Origin: an uncultured bacterium
GTDB lineage: Bacteria; Patescibacteriota; Minisyncoccia; Phycocordibacterales; CAIRYW01
Direction of reading: 5' to 3'
Assembly: GCA_963766885.1 (NCBI GenBank)
Contig: CAVYBO010000002.1
Coordinates: 241,141-291,047, forward strand
DNA length: 49,907 nucleotides
Of the stretch, positions 47,134-49,907 are shown in pieces. Numbering within the stretch: position 1 is the stretch's first letter; every line of letters starts with the position of its first letter. The translations under genes were made by a program, and so were the position numbers. The notes under the pieces are model-generated. The model did no database searches and was not told the origin of the DNA. It saw only the letters and a list, made by a program, of their open reading frames with translations.

Positions 47134-47721
47134 TTAGTTTTTATTGATAGAAAATCTTGCAAACTTGCCTATTGCCGTCTTTTCGCCGAATTTCTGAGTT
47201 GCATTTTTAAGAAGCGTGCTAATTGTCAATGATGAATCTTTGATATATTCCTGCTCCATCAAAACTCTGTCTTTGAAATACGCTGCGATTTTACCGTCAA
47301 GAATTTGCTGCTTAAGATTTTCTGGCTTTCCTAGAACCTCTTTTTCAAATACTTCTGCAGCCTTTGTCTTGTCTTCTAAGGAAATATCATTAACCGAAAG
47401 ATACTGCGGGTTTGTGGCCGCAATCTGCATTGCGATGTCTTTGGCCAAAGTTTTGAATTCGTCGTTCTTTGCCACAAAGTCAGTTTCGCACCAAAGCTCA
47501 AGCATCACTCCAACTGTGCCTGTGTTGTGAATATAAGAAGCCACAACGCCAGCTCCCAAAGACCGGTCTGATTTTTTGTCTGCAACTTCTGCGCCTTTTT
47601 TTCGGAGAATAACTATCGCCTTTTCCATATCGCCCCCGGCTTCTTCAAGCGCTTTGCGGCACTGCATGATTGCAATACCTGTCTTATCTCTCAACTCCTT
47701 TACCTGGTCTGTAGTAATCAT
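47134..47721 (-). CDS. tsf: Elongation factor Ts (short form)
   Basis: UBA-like N-terminus VKELRDKTGIAIMQCRKALEEAGGDMEKAI. Lies downstream of rpsB. Confidence 0.92.
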   Translation of the reverse strand: MITTDQVKELRDKTGIAIMQCRKALEEAGGDMEKAIVILRKKGAEVADKKSDRSLGAGVVASYIHNTGTVGVMLELWCETDFVAKNDEFKTLAKDIAMQIAATNPQYLSVNDISLEDKTKAAEVFEKEVLGKPENLKQQILDGKIAAYFKDRVLMEQEYIKDSSLTISTLLKNATQKFGEKTAIGKFARFSINKN

Positions 47722-47754
47722 AATTTAATAAAGTACAAAAAATTTGTTTTTAAT

Positions 47755-48450
47755 CTAGCTGAGACTCGAATATGCATCCGTAACACGCTTGAGAATATAT
47801 TCAATACTTGATCGTGATGCATCGTTTCCAGGAATTGGAAAATCAATTCCCAAAAGGTTGCAGTCTGTCCCGGAAAGCGCGATAACAGGAACTTTAACCT
47901 TTTTTGCTTCTTTGACAGCAATTGCTTCCTTACGTGGATCAATTATAAAAATTGCATCAGGAATTCTTGCCATGTTTCTTACACCGCCGAAAAGTTCATT
48001 TAGGTTGTCCATTTCCCTGTCCAAAAGAAGTCTTTCCTTTTTGGTGTATTTTGTCAGCTCGCCTTTTTCTTTCTTTGATTCCAAGTCTGCGAGTTTTTCA
48101 CATCGCTTTTTCATTTCAGGAAAATTTGTAAACAATCCACCAATCCATCGTCCTGCGATAAACGGCATATTGATTCTTTCTGCTGCAGAGCGGACCAATG
48201 GCTTTGCTTCGTTTTTGCTTGATACAAAAAGAATATTTTTTTTGTTCTTGCCCAAATCTGTTACATAAGCCAAAGCCTTTTCCAAAAGCTCGCTTGTAAT
48301 TTCTAGATTAAAAATCTCCAAACTTCCCTTTTGACCGAAAATATAGTCTTTGTTTGATGGATGTCTTCTACTTTTGATCAGCCCAAAATGCACGCCAGCA
48401 TTGAACATTTCTTGGATTGTTTTTGGGATTTCTTTGTCTGTTTTTGTCAT
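47755..48450 (-). CDS. rpsB: 30S ribosomal protein S2
   Basis: MFNAGVHFGLIKSRRHP...FIIDPRKEAIAVKEAKKVKVPVIAL. Confidence 0.96.
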   Translation of the reverse strand: MTKTDKEIPKTIQEMFNAGVHFGLIKSRRHPSNKDYIFGQKGSLEIFNLEITSELLEKALAYVTDLGKNKKNILFVSSKNEAKPLVRSAAERINMPFIAGRWIGGLFTNFPEMKKRCEKLADLESKKEKGELTKYTKKERLLLDREMDNLNELFGGVRNMARIPDAIFIIDPRKEAIAVKEAKKVKVPVIALSGTDCNLLGIDFPIPGNDASRSSIEYILKRVTDAYSSLS

Positions 48451-48504
48451 AAAGTTGTGGGGATTATGCTATCAAAATTCACTATATTTTGCAAATATTT
48501 AATA

Positions 48505-48536
48505 TAAAAAATCACCCACTCCTTTGAAGTTGTGGG
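48505..48536 (-). terminator. Intrinsic terminator after the 75-aa ORF
   Basis: On the minus strand, CCCAC..GUGGG stem (48536-48515) followed by UGAUUUUUU. Confidence 0.5.
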
Positions 48537-48538
48537 CT

Positions 48539-48766
48539 CTATAGTCCAAGTACCAGTCTTTCTTTTCTCCCCCCCGCGGGGAAGAAAGTGACCCTACCGA
48601 TGTAGTTTGGTCTCCACACGGTGTAGGTATAGCCTAGGGCGCTTTCGCGCTTCCAGTTGCCGGGACCGAACTCATTGTTCAGTTGATGTTTGATTGATTG
48701 GTTTTGTAAGTACCAACCTAGTACCAACAACGAAATGGCACAGCAGAAAATAATGATCAGTTTCAT
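48539..48766 (-). CDS. Small secreted or membrane protein, compositionally atypical (GC-rich)
   Basis: 75 aa with a signal-like N-terminus MKLIIIFCCAISLLVLGWYL. Has its own promoter and terminator. Confidence 0.4.
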   Translation of the reverse strand: MKLIIIFCCAISLLVLGWYLQNQSIKHQLNNEFGPGNWKRESALGYTYTVWRPNYIGRVTFFPAGGRKERLVLGL

Positions 48767-48775
48767 ACTGTGTTG

Positions 48776-48804
48776 ATGATAGCACGGTATTCATGTCTGG
48801 TCAA
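48776..48804 (-). promoter_or_regulatory. Sigma70-like promoter giving a near-leaderless mRNA for the 75-aa ORF
   Basis: Minus strand reads TTGACC (48804-48799), 17-nt spacer, TATCAT (48781-48776). Only 9 nt separate the -10 box from the ATG at 48766. Confidence 0.45.
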
Positions 48805-48841
48805 GCATTTTACTCGCGTTATCTGGAACAAGTTTGCGCTA

Positions 48842-49807
48842 TCAATTCTTAGCAGCTTTCGCCAAGGCTTCGATAATTGGTCCGATAGCACCTGTCATTA
48901 TTATTGGCAGATTGTGCCAAGATTCCTTGATTCGATGGTCTGTGATTCTGTCTTGCAGATAATTGTACGTGCGGATCTTTTCGGAGCGGTCGCCTGTGCC
49001 AACTTGATCTTTTCTCTCCTTAGCAAATTTTTTGTTTTCTTCTTCCTCTTTAAGAGCTTCGAGCTTCGCCGCAATAATAGACATGGCCATTTCTTTGTTT
49101 TTTAGCTGACTTCTCTGCGAAGTGCTTCTGGCTTCAATTCCGCTTGGCTTGTGAACTATGCGAACAGCTGTTTCAACTTTGTTTACATTTTGTCCTCCCT
49201 TGCCGCCAGAACGAGAAAACTCAATCAAAAGATCTGTGTCTTTTATTTCAATATCGGTTTTTTTTCTGATTGGCAAAATCGCAACAGAAGCAGTAGAAGT
49301 ATGCACTCTGCCGTTTTTTTCTGTTGCTGGCACTCTTTGGACGCGATGAATTCCTGTTTCAAACCTAAGTTTTCTGTAAACATCCCTGCCCCTGATTTCA
49401 AAAGTGGCTTCTTTAAATCCGCCAAGAGAACTTTGAGACTCATCAATAGGCCGCCATTCAAATCCTTCAGCGTTGGCATAACCTTGATACATTTCAGAAA
49501 GTGATTGCGCAAAAAGCGACGCCTCGTCGCCGCCTGCTCCAGCACGCACTTCAAGCATAATCTCATTTGGAAATTCTTCTTCTTTTTCCTCTTCTTTCAA
49601 AATTATTTCCATCTGCGCAATCAAATCTTTTTTCTGATTTTCAATCGTTAGAAGTTCTTCTTCTGAAAGCTCTTTCATCCCAGGATCACTCTCAATAATA
49701 TTTTTAATTTCTTGCTCTTCTCTGATTAAGCGTTCAAAGTCGTCCGCCAAAAAGCGGGTTTTGTTGTTTTCTTTGTATTTTGGGTCTAGTTTTATTGTTG
49801 AATCCAT
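48842..49807 (-). CDS. prfA: Peptide chain release factor 1
   Basis: GGQ motif [20 protein letters not shown] and an RF1-type PxT tripeptide in [17 protein letters not shown]. Confidence 0.9.
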   Translation of the reverse strand: MDSTIKLDPKYKENNKTRFLADDFERLIREEQEIKNIIESDPGMKELSEEELLTIENQKKDLIAQMEIILKEEEKEEEFPNEIMLEVRAGAGGDEASLFAQSLSEMYQGYANAEGFEWRPIDESQSSLGGFKEATFEIRGRDVYRKLRFETGIHRVQRVPATEKNGRVHTSTASVAILPIRKKTDIEIKDTDLLIEFSRSGGKGGQNVNKVETAVRIVHKPSGIEARSTSQRSQLKNKEMAMSIIAAKLEALKEEEENKKFAKERKDQVGTGDRSEKIRTYNYLQDRITDHRIKESWHNLPIIMTGAIGPIIEALAKAAKN

Positions 49808-49813
49808 AAGAAA

Positions 49814-49835
49814 AAAGCCTTTGCAAAAAGGCTTT
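49814..49835 (-). terminator. Hairpin with U-run between the upstream partial gene and prfA
   Basis: Stem aaagccttt/aaaggcttt with a 4-nt loop, followed by a U-run on the minus strand. Confidence 0.5.
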
Positions 49836-49846
49836 AAAAGGAACAG

Positions 49847-49907
49847 TTACTTTGATTTCTTAGAAGCTGGTTTAGCAGCGCTTTTTGCTGCAGTTTTTGT
49901 CGCTCTA
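49847..49907 (-). CDS. 3' end of a truncated ORF with a Lys/Ala-rich tail (identity unknown)
   Basis: Hand translation of the minus strand gives ...RATKTAAKSAAKPASKKSK followed by a stop. Only about 20 codons lie in the window. Confidence 0.25.
   Translation of the reverse strand, partial: RATKTAAKSAAKPASKKSK

Overview
This is an AT-rich (roughly 37-40% GC by eye), gene-dense bacterial window. Gene content suggests a reduced-genome Patescibacteria/CPR-like organism using the standard genetic code; that assignment is inference. Positions 1-7260 are accessory. They hold the integrase-proximal end of an integrated element beside tRNA-Ser(GGA): a phage-type HTH protein, a PH/SHOCT plus HNH gene pair with a structured leader, an unknown ORF, a large serine recombinase and a 1035-aa membrane-anchored KAP P-loop NTPase. 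A degenerate tRNA 5' fragment lies on the far side of the tRNA. The rest is mostly core:
- htpX, a Nudix hydrolase and lemA.
- A ~1558-aa surface protein with adhesin-like repeats and an internal tail-fibre-type S74 chaperone domain.
- groES/groEL, secG, an orphan family-5 substrate-binding protein and RNase J.
- A carbohydrate cluster: PGI/PMI, gnd, zwf, glgA, alpha-glucan phosphorylase and a PMM-like HAD.
- rsmG, a Kef-type antiporter, fba, a PfkB kinase, and a sortase next to a CARDB-like protein.
- gyrB, minimal pheS/pheT, a processive GT2, tRNA-Thr, tsf, rpsB and prfA.

The most unusual signal is a ~0.49-kb GC-enriched non-coding locus between pheT and gyrB (about 40534-41021, minus strand). 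It has its own sigma70-like promoter, an intrinsic terminator and five GNRA-tetraloop hairpins. I cannot confidently assign it to RNase P RNA, tmRNA or SRP RNA. No CRISPR array, rRNA or transposase was seen.
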